DNA from: a virus
Strand: one strand, 5' to 3'
IMG/VR virus record: IMGVR_UViG_3300046791_000499
Location: 32,001-96,000 of that record
DNA length: 64,000 nt
Below are positions 18,920-27,893 of this stretch, in pieces (the stretch's first letter is position 1; the number at the start of each line of letters is the position of its first letter). The notes beneath the pieces are model-generated. The model was given only the letters and a program-made list of their open reading frames with translations. It ran no database searches and had not been told where the DNA came from. Both the position numbers and the translations under genes were made by a program.

Positions 18920-19648
18920 CTATTCCCCAGCCTGGGCCTGCTCGATCTGCGAGCACCAGTGGATGTACAGACCGCCCGCCCAGATGGCGAGTTGCTCGGC
19001 GTCCCCAGGCTCGAGCCTGAACCGCTCGACAAGCGCTGGCGTCATGTCGGCGATCACCGTGTTCGTCTGCTGAGCCACAGCCCACTCGCTCACGAACCGC
19101 ATGACGTCGCCGTAGAAATCCCCCGGGATCTGGCCGATCTCGAACGCGCGGCGATGCAGGATCTCGGTCGCCATCTTCGCAGGCACCCGGGCGAACTCCC
19201 ACATGGGGAACGGCTTCTCGGCCGAGCGATCCCACCATCGCTTCCGCCAACCCTGGAAGCCCTTCACGTCCTGCGGGATCGTCATGGCGACGGCGCCCCC
19301 GCGACGACCGATCGCCCAGCGTCCTGGGATCCGGGTGCCGTTCTTGAGCTTCGGCTGGCTCGGGTAGTCGTTCTCGTCTCGGAAGATGTGGCAGCGCTCG
19401 CACCCCGGCTCATCCTCGATATGGAGCGAGCACGGCTCGGGGAAGAACGCCAAGCGGGTGACAGGCGCGTAGCCACGCACGAGCCCGTGAGCGACGATGT
19501 AGAGGCGCTCGCCCGGCACGATCGCAGGCTTGCCGCTGCCGAGAAAGAAGCCCCACTCGGTGTTCGACGTGGGCTCACCGACGGCGTCGCCTTCGTCGAT
19601 CCAGTCCGCCCAAAAGTGCTTGGGCACGGTGACCACGAGATCAGCCAC
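18920..19648 (-). CDS. ASCH/PUA-like domain protein with C-terminal extension
   Basis: DLVVTVPK..W..EGD, PGERLYIVAHGLVRGYAPV, VKGFQGWR. Confidence 0.5.
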   Translation of the reverse strand: MADLVVTVPKHFWADWIDEGDAVGEPTSNTEWGFFLGSGKPAIVPGERLYIVAHGLVRGYAPVTRLAFFPEPCSLHIEDEPGCERCHIFRDENDYPSQPKLKNGTRIPGRWAIGRRGGAVAMTIPQDVKGFQGWRKRWWDRSAEKPFPMWEFARVPAKMATEILHRRAFEIGQIPGDFYGDVMRFVSEWAVAQQTNTVIADMTPALVERFRLEPGDAEQLAIWAGGLYIHWCSQIEQAQAGE

Positions 19649-20075
19649 GGTCGGTCTCCATGACGGCCATCTCATCGAGGATGAGCATGCTCGGTCGGTC
19701 GAGATGGTCGGCAATGAATCGGACCGTGAGATCCGTCGATGTGCTCCCGTCGGTCCGCCACAGGTCGACCACCGCGCTATCTGGCGCGGTGGCGGAGACC
19801 CACCCGAATCGATCCCAGCCAAGACCGTGCCAGCCATTCGCGCGCAGCCATTCCTCGACGCGCGAGCGCGTCACCCCGGCCCGCTCGACATGCTTGGCCT
19901 GGCAGGCTGCTTCGTATTCGTCACGCTCGCGCTCGAGCTGCTCGGCCCGCTGCGCGTGGTAATCACGGTCGGCGAGAAGCTCAGCAAACCAGATCTGCGG
20001 GCGGCGTCCGCAAGCGACGCGAGTACGCATGTCGGCCAGCCGTTCGGGGTTCATCGGCTTCGGTTCATTGGCCAT
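19641..20075 (-). CDS. hypothetical protein
   Basis: GGAGG RBS; coupled ORF. Confidence 0.55.
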   Translation of the reverse strand: MANEPKPMNPERLADMRTRVACGRRPQIWFAELLADRDYHAQRAEQLERERDEYEAACQAKHVERAGVTRSRVEEWLRANGWHGLGWDRFGWVSATAPDSAVVDLWRTDGSTSTDLTVRFIADHLDRPSMLILDEMAVMETDRG

Positions 20076-20676
20076 CGTTGGTTTCCTCCGTGGCGACGGT
20101 GGTCCCCAGCGCGTTGACGTCGGCGACGTACTCTCGAGCCCAGCCGCCGTTCGTGACGCCGTCTTCCCAACGGGAGCCAGCCGCAGATCGATCGATCTCG
20201 CAGTCGTTGGCGTCGGTGATCACCCACTCGCCATTGTCGTACTCCCCGTTGTCCTGCTCGTCGTGCGGGTCGTCCAGGCTCGCCTCCCAAGGGCGAGGGG
20301 CAACGTGGTTCCTCGGCTTGGACGGCGCGCGTGAACAGGGCGTTCCAGCGCTCCATGGCGAGGACTGGCTGATGAGCCGGAGCTGCGAGAGCGAGTCGTC
20401 GAGCGACCTGAGCCTTTGCGGCTCCCGTCCGTGCCCATCATCTCGGAAAAGGAACAGCGACCACTTGTGCGGCGAGCCGCTGAACTGGGTGCGCTGCGTG
20501 AGGCGCTTGGCACTCAATCGGATCGCTGGCCACCACCCGTTCGTGCGGGCATCGCCGAGCAAGCGGCCCTGCTGGTGCTCGTCGAGCGATTCCCAGGTCA
20601 GGCGGATGAACTCGGCCAGCCAACGACGCCCGAGGGACGTCTGTTTGATCCGTGCGAGGTTCACTTCGGCGCCCAC
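20065..20676 (-). CDS. hypothetical protein (possibly a fusion; start uncertain)
   Basis: Open frame between coupled neighbours. Confidence 0.4.
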   Translation of the reverse strand: MGAEVNLARIKQTSLGRRWLAEFIRLTWESLDEHQQGRLLGDARTNGWWPAIRLSAKRLTQRTQFSGSPHKWSLFLFRDDGHGREPQRLRSLDDSLSQLRLISQSSPWSAGTPCSRAPSKPRNHVAPRPWEASLDDPHDEQDNGEYDNGEWVITDANDCEIDRSAAGSRWEDGVTNGGWAREYVADVNALGTTVATEETNDGQ

Positions 20677-20984
20677 TTTCCGCGACCGAACATCGCCTCC
20701 ATGGCATCGATGCTTTCCGACGTACCGAAGTGCCGCTCGAGCGCGATGCAGGTCTCAGGCGTTAGCGCTCCACGCGGAGCCGGCCGGCCGGTCGGAGCAC
20801 CGGGCCACTTGCTCCTCCGGTTTGTGCCGCAGCCAATCTCGCGCGTGTCGGTCCGTCGCCACTTCCGGCCGTTGTCCGCGATGTAGTAGGTCGAGGTCGC
20901 CTTGACGATGGTGGCCTGGCCGATGACGGCGTTGCCCTGCCATTGGTCGACGAGGTCGACGACGAGCGACTCGGTCGCGCTCAC
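20661..20984 (-). CDS. hypothetical protein
   Basis: GTGA overlap with the upstream small ORF. Confidence 0.5.
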   Translation of the reverse strand: MSATESLVVDLVDQWQGNAVIGQATIVKATSTYYIADNGRKWRRTDTREIGCGTNRRSKWPGAPTGRPAPRGALTPETCIALERHFGTSESIDAMEAMFGRGKWAPK

Positions 20985-21079
20985 GCGTCACCGTCTTTGC
21001 GCTTCGAGCGTTCGGCGAGCGCCCACCCCAAGGTGAAGAGACCGGCGAAGATCAACGCGTCAACGATCTGTTCGAGCAT
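20981..21079 (-). CDS. 32-aa single-pass membrane peptide
   Basis: MLEQIVDALIFAGLFTLGWALAERSKRKDGDA; TAGCCT -10-like element 4 nt upstream; below the ORF-track cutoff. Confidence 0.5.
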   Translation of the reverse strand: MLEQIVDALIFAGLFTLGWALAERSKRKDGDA

Positions 21080-21115
21080 GGCGAGGCTACCGGGCTGTGC
21101 GCCCGCGCATTCCAG

Positions 21116-21343
21116 TCACGCCGGCCGGGCGATCGTGACCGGGTACCGAGCCCCGTCGAAGTCCGAGCCCTTGCGCAGCAGCACGCCGTCAGCGTCGAAG
21201 CACACGTCACCTGGGTGCATCCATGTCCCGGCCTTGTTGATCCAGTCCTGCTTGGACGCGAAGGTGCGCCAGACGTGCTGGTCGCTGAGCATGTCGAACC
21301 CCGTCGGCGCGTAGCCGACCAGCGCTTGCTCGAGCCCGGTCAT
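21116..21343 (-). CDS. hypothetical phage protein
   Basis: ATGA overlap; FASKQDWINKA..CFDADG..DF..ARYPV. Confidence 0.55.
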   Translation of the reverse strand: MTGLEQALVGYAPTGFDMLSDQHVWRTFASKQDWINKAGTWMHPGDVCFDADGVLLRKGSDFDGARYPVTIARPA

Positions 21344-22287
21344 GCGTCGACCCTTCGCATGTTTTGGTACACGCCGCGATGCACTCCTCGAGCGATCGTG
21401 AGATTCCCGAGCGAGCCGAACTCGCGGGCGAAGGCACGTACGCTGATCGCATGGTCGGGCGCCTTGCCGACCGAGATCAGTTTCTCGAACACCTTGGGAT
21501 CCAGCGGTCCGCGAGCGCGAAATCGCTTGGCCCCGAGCACGGCCTCGGCATCGGCCAGCCACCCGTCCTTGCCGTCTTCTTTGCCCATCGACGCAACGGC
21601 GACGCGTACCAGTTCGCGGAGGGCCTCGAGTTCGGCGCGCGGATCGTGCTCGTGCGAAATGGGATCCGCCCAAAATGCCACGAGCGATGGGAACGGTGCC
21701 GGCTGCGGCTTCCCGTTCTTCCCAAGTTCGGGACCGACGGCGAGCCCGGGACCAACCGAGACGAACGGCGGCGGCAGATCATCGTCGGTCGCGAGCGGGA
21801 ACCACCGGCGAAGGTAGTACCGCTCGCTCTCGCCGTCCTTGGGCGGACCAGCATCGCTGCGGTCGAGCGGTATCGGCAGCCAGAATGTGAGCCTCCCGCC
21901 AACGTGGACCCACGCGTCGGCGGTGCCGAAGATGTGGCGCTGGCACCATTCGGTGTCGTCTCGTGCGGGCAGCAAGGCGATCCCAGGCACGCCTACCGAG
22001 CGGCCCCAGTACGCCTGCTTGGCTGTCCACTTCTTGATGTTGGTCCCGTACTCGGGGTTGTTGTAGAAGCAGTTGGCCTCGGACCATCGGAACGAGAGGC
22101 CGTCTCGCCCGTCCTCGCCGTCGAGCACCAGATGCGCGCCAACCTGCGAGGCATCGTTGCTTCCGGGGTCGAGCAGCCGACGACCGCAGCCGCGAGGCAC
22201 CAGAACTCGCCGCATCGGTTCGAGTATGTCCGGCGGCGAACAATAATGGATGTTGTTGCTCGTCATGAGCGCGGTCAAATTGGCCAT
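21340..22287 (-). CDS. phage Dam-like N6-adenine methyltransferase
   Basis: YCSPPDI, LDPGS, DGLSFRW, FYNNPEYG (variant of NPPY), LLPARDDTEW, GRLTF, APFPS. Confidence 0.75.
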   Translation of the reverse strand: MANLTALMTSNNIHYCSPPDILEPMRRVLVPRGCGRRLLDPGSNDASQVGAHLVLDGEDGRDGLSFRWSEANCFYNNPEYGTNIKKWTAKQAYWGRSVGVPGIALLPARDDTEWCQRHIFGTADAWVHVGGRLTFWLPIPLDRSDAGPPKDGESERYYLRRWFPLATDDDLPPPFVSVGPGLAVGPELGKNGKPQPAPFPSLVAFWADPISHEHDPRAELEALRELVRVAVASMGKEDGKDGWLADAEAVLGAKRFRARGPLDPKVFEKLISVGKAPDHAISVRAFAREFGSLGNLTIARGVHRGVYQNMRRVDA

Positions 22288-22718
22288 TAGGAGACTCCTT
22301 CGAGCAGGTTTTCGAGGCCCGGCATGGGCAGGTAAAGGAACGATTGCGGTGGTCGGAACGAAAGCCCGCGCTCCGCAGCTCGGGCACGAGGGTCAATCGG
22401 GATCGTGTAGCGCTTGGGGTCGAACACCTCGAACGCGCTGGCGACCTCGAGTCCGGCGAAGTACGCGTCGAACTGCGAGCGCGTGATCCCGGCGTAGTCA
22501 CGGGTCTCCGCCCACAGGGCGTCAGGCTCGTCTTGCAGGACCCGCGCGACCTCGAACTCGCCGACGATCCTGCCGACGCTGCGCGAGGCGTACATCGTCA
22601 CGTGCCTCGGGATCTTGGCTGGCATGACGCGTCGGAACTCGAAGAGCTTGCGGCACTCCAAGATCCCCTCGGCGTGTACGGGCAGGATCGAGATGAGGAT
22701 GCGGATGGCGTCAGGCAT
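22287..22718 (-). CDS. ASCH domain protein
   Basis: ILISILPVHAEGILE.RK.FEFRR, MYAS..V..IVGEFEV, GITRSQFDAYF, PPQSFLY. Confidence 0.8.
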   Translation of the reverse strand: MPDAIRILISILPVHAEGILECRKLFEFRRVMPAKIPRHVTMYASRSVGRIVGEFEVARVLQDEPDALWAETRDYAGITRSQFDAYFAGLEVASAFEVFDPKRYTIPIDPRARAAERGLSFRPPQSFLYLPMPGLENLLEGVS

Positions 22719-22980
22719 CGCTCGCTCCCGTCTCTGGCACCACGCACCACGAGGCTCCCGAGCACCGCTTGATCTTCCCGGCATTGCGCTGGTCCTGGAT
22801 CACCCGGTCAGCGATCCGATCGCACAGACGGTGCCGGTCGTAGACCGACAGGCCCGGGGTCTCGTGGAGCGCTCGGTCGACTGCCTTCAAGACGTCCCGC
22901 GCCGCGAAGGGGCCGGCCAGCATCCGGGCGATCGCGGCGTCGATGATCGCCTGCCGGATCTCGATCCCGTTGACCCTCAT
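22711..22980 (-). CDS. small winged-helix-like protein
   Basis: Coupled ORF; RIADRVIQDQRNAGKI..W. Confidence 0.5.
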   Translation of the reverse strand: MRVNGIEIRQAIIDAAIARMLAGPFAARDVLKAVDRALHETPGLSVYDRHRLCDRIADRVIQDQRNAGKIKRCSGASWCVVPETGASDA

Positions 22981-23798
22981 GGCGGGTCCTCAATTGGGCA
23001 GCCGTCGTCGTCGAACGGGTATGGCTCGTTGGTCGAGTCGCCGCAGTGATCGAAGTCTTCCCATCGCCCGGACGAACACAGCACCGGGGCGGTGGGTGCC
23101 GTCGTCATTCGCGGCGATGTGAGCAGGCGGCTCAGCGACCGCTCGCAGTGATCCACGAAGTCAGCGAACGAGCCCTTGTGCGCAACGTCGACCAGCCAAC
23201 TACTCCCACCGCGAGCGTCCTCGGCGTAGCCATACGGCAGCACTAGCGTGAAGCGATCGGCCTCAACCACAAGCCGGGGCTTGAACACGGTCCTGGCATT
23301 CGGGTGATGGCGGTTGTGCGACTTGGCCAGTGTGCGACCGGCGACAGCGAACAGGGCATCGACGCGTCGGTGCATTGCGTTGTCGCTGTGGTCTGGACCG
23401 CCGCCCACGTAGTGCGGGAAGACGACCATGCGCTTCTCGGAGAGGCCGATCCGGTTCTCCTCACGCCAGCGATACACGCCAGCGTGGCAGAACGGCTCGA
23501 GGATGGCGGAGGCGAACCGCTCGCGCAGTTGCCCAACCCAGCCGGCCGTGAAGCCGTCAACCCCGACGAAGCCGACGCAGGTTGGCTTGCCAGACAAGCA
23601 CGCAAGCACGCCCTGGTACTCACTCCCTGTTCGCACCATCCATTGAAAGATGCCGAACGCCTCTTGGATGCTGACGTTCAGGAACGCGTTTCCGTGTGCT
23701 GGTCGTAGGAAATCAACCCACGCGACCCGGCGACTCCGTTTCGGAGAGCGCGGCGCGAAGTCGAGGCCGGCCTTGTGCCAGAATACGTGGAGGCTCAT
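22977..23798 (-). CDS. hypothetical protein
   Basis: ATGA overlaps at both ends. Confidence 0.55.
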   Translation of the reverse strand: MSLHVFWHKAGLDFAPRSPKRSRRVAWVDFLRPAHGNAFLNVSIQEAFGIFQWMVRTGSEYQGVLACLSGKPTCVGFVGVDGFTAGWVGQLRERFASAILEPFCHAGVYRWREENRIGLSEKRMVVFPHYVGGGPDHSDNAMHRRVDALFAVAGRTLAKSHNRHHPNARTVFKPRLVVEADRFTLVLPYGYAEDARGGSSWLVDVAHKGSFADFVDHCERSLSRLLTSPRMTTAPTAPVLCSSGRWEDFDHCGDSTNEPYPFDDDGCPIEDPP

Positions 23799-24277
23799 GT
23801 TCGCTTGCTCCGAATCACCGGCAGCGGAGGGTCGCCCGCCAGCAGGGTCAGCTCATGGAATTCGTCGGGCTCGTAGAGGCGCCACCCGGATTCATGGAAC
23901 AGCCAGATCCCTCGGATGCGCGAGTCGGCGAGGATGATTCGGGAGCACTGCCAACACGAAGGTCCTCCACCCGGAACGAGCAAGCCGTTGATGGTTTTGA
24001 CATGGACCAGATAGGCCGCGTCGCCGAACATCGGCCCGTCGAACCTTTGCGCGAGCGCGGCCTGCTCGGCGTGGATGCACAACTTCGCGCACGCTGCCTT
24101 GCACTCGTCGCTGCCGTCGCACGCGAACCCGGGCGGCTGCGCGTTGTGACCGGACGCGACGATGTGCGGATGCGGGTAGGCTCGGTAGGCCGCGACCCCG
24201 CGCTTGGACTTCGCGCACGGAGACTTGTTGGCCTCCGTGATCGCGCGAAGGATGGCGATCTCTGGCGGGGCGTTCAT
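23795..24277 (-). CDS. dCMP deaminase-like Zn-dependent deaminase
   Basis: SPCAKSKRGV, SGHN, HAEQAAL, SCWQCSRII. Confidence 0.8.
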   Translation of the reverse strand: MNAPPEIAILRAITEANKSPCAKSKRGVAAYRAYPHPHIVASGHNAQPPGFACDGSDECKAACAKLCIHAEQAALAQRFDGPMFGDAAYLVHVKTINGLLVPGGGPSCWQCSRIILADSRIRGIWLFHESGWRLYEPDEFHELTLLAGDPPLPVIRSKRT

Positions 24278-24693
24278 GGGGCTTGGCCTCCCGCGGGTGG
24301 CTCGAGCCCAGGTCGCATGCTGGTACTCGCGCCGGTCTCGTGACCGTGCCAGTTCAGACAGGCAGCCGCGACCGTGACAATGTGGTGAAGCATCTTCGCG
24401 CGGTCGTCAGCCTTCCATGCAGCGAGGGCCTTGCCGGCGAGATAGCCGAGTAGCCAGAACCAGTCTGGTGCGGTCTTGCCTGCATCGTGGGCTGTGCCCC
24501 AACGTCCGCGCTGGTGCTCGGCCTCGAACATGACGGCCTCGACAAATTTGGCGGTGTGCGGGGTGTTGATCTCGGCGCGGAGCCGCGCGAGTTCGGCCTC
24601 GGCAGCATCGGCGCGGGCGGTCTCGCGGTCAGCCCATTCGACCCAAGGATGGGCGGCCAGGTGCTCGGGGATATCGGGACGCTGCATGCTCAT
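24274..24693 (-). CDS. conserved hypothetical phage protein
   Basis: EAEHQR.RWG..HDAGK..DWFWLLGYLAGKAL..HHIVTVAA. Confidence 0.65.
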   Translation of the reverse strand: MSMQRPDIPEHLAAHPWVEWADRETARADAAEAELARLRAEINTPHTAKFVEAVMFEAEHQRGRWGTAHDAGKTAPDWFWLLGYLAGKALAAWKADDRAKMLHHIVTVAAACLNWHGHETGASTSMRPGLEPPAGGQAP

Positions 24694-25034
24694 GATGCGA
24701 CTCCTGCTTCTTCGCAGAGGGCACCGCCGTCAGTTCGCCGAAGCGGACCGAAGTGGATATCGATCGAGATCAGCAGGTCGACCGGCAGCGGCAAGAGGAT
24801 GAGCATCTCCAGCGCGCGGAGGCGCCACGCGTCGACGCGATCCCGGACCCAGTCGAGCAGGGCTTCCCGGTCGACGTCGGTCATGGCCTCGGGGTCGGAG
24901 AGCCACGCCTCGGCGAGCGCTCGTGTTTCGATAGGGACGGCTGGCAGTACCACGTGGCGCTCTACAGCACGTCGCGGTGGGACATTCCTGGCCGCTCGGA
25001 ATGCCGCACCCAGGAGCCGGGTCAGCTCGCACAT
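24690..25034 (-). CDS. hypothetical protein (start uncertain)
   Basis: ATGA overlap with the downstream gene. Confidence 0.4.
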   Translation of the reverse strand: MCELTRLLGAAFRAARNVPPRRAVERHVVLPAVPIETRALAEAWLSDPEAMTDVDREALLDWVRDRVDAWRLRALEMLILLPLPVDLLISIDIHFGPLRRTDGGALCEEAGVAS

Positions 25035-25452
25035 GTCCGTCTGGTACGCCGTCGTCGAGCATCTCGGGACCATCAACGAACTCGCTGGCCAAGAGGTCAA
25101 GATCTCGGCCGTGCGCATGTGGCACGACGGCCGCGCACAAGGCAGCTACGCCCACGATGCCGTGGCCAAACTCGCCGAGGGCCGAGCCTGGTGCCGCGTG
25201 TTCCCGACCGGATCCCAGGTCCCGACTCGGGGCGGCATCATGCGGGTGCGAACCGGCTTCGGGGTCGGAGCCACCTACGCGGACATGCTCAGCGCCGACG
25301 AGATGCTCGAGCGCGTCAAGACCGAGTTGGAGACCGAGCGCGAGGCCAGGCGGACAGCCGAGAGCGAGCGCGATGCCCTGCTCGCGGAAGTCCAGCGCTG
25401 GCGGGAACGGGCATCCGAGCGCGCGGCCGACCTCGCCGAAGCTCACGCCTGA
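25033..25452 (+). CDS. hypothetical protein with C-terminal coiled coil
   Basis: Plus-strand ORF with good codon bias inside a minus-strand block. Confidence 0.45.
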   Translation: MSVWYAVVEHLGTINELAGQEVKISAVRMWHDGRAQGSYAHDAVAKLAEGRAWCRVFPTGSQVPTRGGIMRVRTGFGVGATYADMLSADEMLERVKTELETEREARRTAESERDALLAEVQRWRERASERAADLAEAHA

Positions 25453-26294
25453 TCGGGCAGACCCGCGATCGGACCGGCCACGACCCTGTTCTTGGCGGCC
25501 TCGGCCATCTGGTAGGCCGTGACCTCGTGGTGCAGTTTAGTCAGCCTCGGCAGCAACGCTTGGTTGGTGCTGTTGAGCGTGCTCAGCAGCGCGTGCGTGA
25601 ACCCGCGCCCCTCCGCGACGGATGCGTAGAGGTCATCGAATACGCGCGCGAACTCGGGCGCGATGCTGTCCGACTCGTAGTTGCCGGCCTGGGTGCGGCT
25701 CTCCGGCTTGACCGCAGCAATCGCAGCCTCGACATCACCCTGGCCAATCCACCCGAGCACCGAGGCGATGACCTGGCCTGGCCGCTCGACCACCGCATCG
25801 TAGGTCTGCAGGTGGAACGGCAGCTTGCGCAGGCTGATATCCCGCACCAACGCGAAGTTCTCCATCCACCATTCGAGTACGGGTGGGAAGCGGATCACGG
25901 TGGCTGGGTCAATGTCTGGCCGGCTCGCATCCTCGAGCGCGTAGAGCCTCACCATCGACGCCTCGTAGTCTCGCCACGAGCGGACGTTGGCGATCAGGTG
26001 GGAGATGAACGCCCGCTCCGATCGAATGAGTCCGGGGACGAACACCTTGACCGCATAGCCGTCGACCTCCTCGGGCGTGAAGTAGCGGCCCGTGGCGGGG
26101 TGTGGGTTGGTCGCGAAGTAGACGCCTTGGCGAAGCAGTGGGCTCTCGTAGAACCCGTAGCGGTTGGCCTCTCGCAGCGGGACCGCTCCCCAGTTGCGGG
26201 GGAACGGCTCGCCGAGAACGGGGATGCCAGCAGCTCGGAGTGCCTGCATCCACATGGACGTGCCGCTGCGCTTGGTGCCGGAGACGAAGATCAT
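25443..26294 (-). CDS. sulfotransferase-family (P-loop, PAPS-dependent) protein
   Basis: 5'-PSB motif FVSGTKRSGTSMWMQAL, N..GFYE, AVKV, 3'-PB-like VRSWRDYEAS, YDAVVERP. Confidence 0.75.
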   Translation of the reverse strand: MIFVSGTKRSGTSMWMQALRAAGIPVLGEPFPRNWGAVPLREANRYGFYESPLLRQGVYFATNPHPATGRYFTPEEVDGYAVKVFVPGLIRSERAFISHLIANVRSWRDYEASMVRLYALEDASRPDIDPATVIRFPPVLEWWMENFALVRDISLRKLPFHLQTYDAVVERPGQVIASVLGWIGQGDVEAAIAAVKPESRTQAGNYESDSIAPEFARVFDDLYASVAEGRGFTHALLSTLNSTNQALLPRLTKLHHEVTAYQMAEAAKNRVVAGPIAGLPDQA

Positions 26295-26629
26295 GGTCTC
26301 CGGCTTGAAGTCCCGATGCGCGCGAACGCCCCGAGCACGATGGCCAGGGCGCGCAGGAACTCGGCGACGGCTCCGATGGTGGACGCGGCACCCGAGCCAG
26401 GCAGGAGTTGCTCACCGACGAACGTGTAGATGCCCGCGGGGTGATAGCCCTGGACTCGAACGCCGGAGGCCGCGTGGGTGACCATGACGTGCAGACGCTC
26501 GCCCGCACCTTCGATCCGCCAGATGACCTTGGAGTAGACCCGGAAGACACCGGGGAGCGAATTGCCGTAGCCGGCGAGGTCGTCGGACTGCGCGGTGGCG
26601 GTGAGGCCCCCCAATGTGATCGGTTCCAT
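26291..26629 (-). CDS. hypothetical protein coupled to the sulfotransferase
   Basis: ATGA overlap; hydrophobic C-terminus. Confidence 0.5.
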   Translation of the reverse strand: MEPITLGGLTATAQSDDLAGYGNSLPGVFRVYSKVIWRIEGAGERLHVMVTHAASGVRVQGYHPAGIYTFVGEQLLPGSGAASTIGAVAEFLRALAIVLGAFARIGTSSRRP

Positions 26630-26655
26630 GGAGAGCTAACCGAGGCGGTCGCGGG

Positions 26656-27111
26656 TTATTTCGTCTTGGTGAAGTCTGCGTCTGCGGCTTCGGCAACCCA
26701 GTTGAGCGCCTCGCGGGGAATGCTGCAGACCTGCTCGGCACCCTTGAAGACCGCCAGTGATGTGGCAGTAGCGGACAGGCACATGCGATCGTAGGGCCTC
26801 TCCAATTGCACCACACCGCCGGAGCGGCGTGCGATCTCCCAACCCTCGGGAACCGCCGGCTCGTCAGACAGCAACGGACCCACGTCGTCGGGGATGAGCG
26901 AGGCCACGAGGTCACACGCCGTCCCCTCGCACCCCAACGACTGGCGCAGTTCATCGCGCAGTTTGGCGGCGTAGTCGATCGTGGCCTTCGCGGCGAAGCC
27001 CTCCTCGCGCGTCTCGGATTCGGCGCGAAAGCGGTCCATTAGGTGCTCGAGGATGTTGGCCGCCAGGTGGCGTTGGGTGGAGCTGAGTTCGGTCATCGTC
27101 TGGCCAACCAC
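26656..27111 (-). CDS. hypothetical protein
   Basis: ORF with typical codon bias. Confidence 0.55.
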   Translation of the reverse strand: MVGQTMTELSSTQRHLAANILEHLMDRFRAESETREEGFAAKATIDYAAKLRDELRQSLGCEGTACDLVASLIPDDVGPLLSDEPAVPEGWEIARRSGGVVQLERPYDRMCLSATATSLAVFKGAEQVCSIPREALNWVAEAADADFTKTK

Positions 27112-27135
27112 TCAAACCGGTGTTGTCTTCCCGTC

Positions 27136-27573
27136 CTACTCGGCGGCCTCGCTGGCCTCGACAGGTACCGGGGCGCAGCGCGACACCAGCCGGGCGCGGA
27201 TCGTAGCGACGGCCAAGCTGAGCGCGTCGTCGCTGACCATGAGTTCTTCGATGCGCTTGCAGGCGTTGACCACCGTCGAGTGATCCTTGCCTCCGAAGCG
27301 CAGCCCGACCTCGGCATAGCTCGCCGTGGTCAACTGCCGGCACAAGTACATCCCGACCATGCGCGGGCGCACGATCGCTTGATGCTTCCGCTTGCTCCGA
27401 AGATCCGCCATGTGGAGGTTGAAGTAGGCGACGACGGCTTTCTGGACCGTCTCGATCTCGATCTCCGCGGGGCCTCGCCGTTCGGTCCGAGCCCAATGCT
27501 CAGCCCACGCGACCAGGGCCTCGCGGCTGGTGAAGATGATCGAGCCGTCGGGCATCACGAGATGGCTGATCAC
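27136..27573 (-). CDS. stand-alone DnaA C-terminal (domain IV) DNA-binding protein
   Basis: IETVQKAVVAYFNL..DLRSKRK..IVRPRMVGMYLCRQLT.ASY.EVG.RFGGKDHSTVVNAC; no AAA+ domain. Confidence 0.88.
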   Translation of the reverse strand: MISHLVMPDGSIIFTSREALVAWAEHWARTERRGPAEIEIETVQKAVVAYFNLHMADLRSKRKHQAIVRPRMVGMYLCRQLTTASYAEVGLRFGGKDHSTVVNACKRIEELMVSDDALSLAVATIRARLVSRCAPVPVEASEAAE

Positions 27574-27893
27574 GGAGCGACCTCGAGACCGGCAATCTCG
27601 CCCGCCGCGCTGACCGGCTCGGGCCGCACGCGGACCCATGGCGCCCGCCGATTGGCCCGAGTCCATCGACCACTTCGACGCAGCGTCCGGGCGATCCACA
27701 TGCGGCGCGCGAGATTCATGTCCACGTTCTCGTACTGCCAGACCAGGTGTTCCTCACTCTGGTGTAGCTTCTCGAAGCGCACGTGGTCGAACAAGCCGCG
27801 TTGTTTCGCCCATGCGCGGAACGAGTCGTCGGTGCCGAAGCAGGACGACCAGTCGAACTCTGGCACGGACGGGGTGATCTCAGCGGTGGCCAT
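27570..27893 (-). CDS. hypothetical protein
   Basis: GGAG RBS; GTGA overlap. Confidence 0.5.
   Translation of the reverse strand: MATAEITPSVPEFDWSSCFGTDDSFRAWAKQRGLFDHVRFEKLHQSEEHLVWQYENVDMNLARRMWIARTLRRSGRWTRANRRAPWVRVRPEPVSAAGEIAGLEVAP

Noticed and set aside
24753-26429. Long alternative-frame and antisense ORFs (e.g. 24753-26429, 16868-18391, 48461-49750, 61469-62776)
   Set aside because: These are R/A/P/G-rich shadow ORFs expected in high-GC DNA, overlapping well-supported genes.
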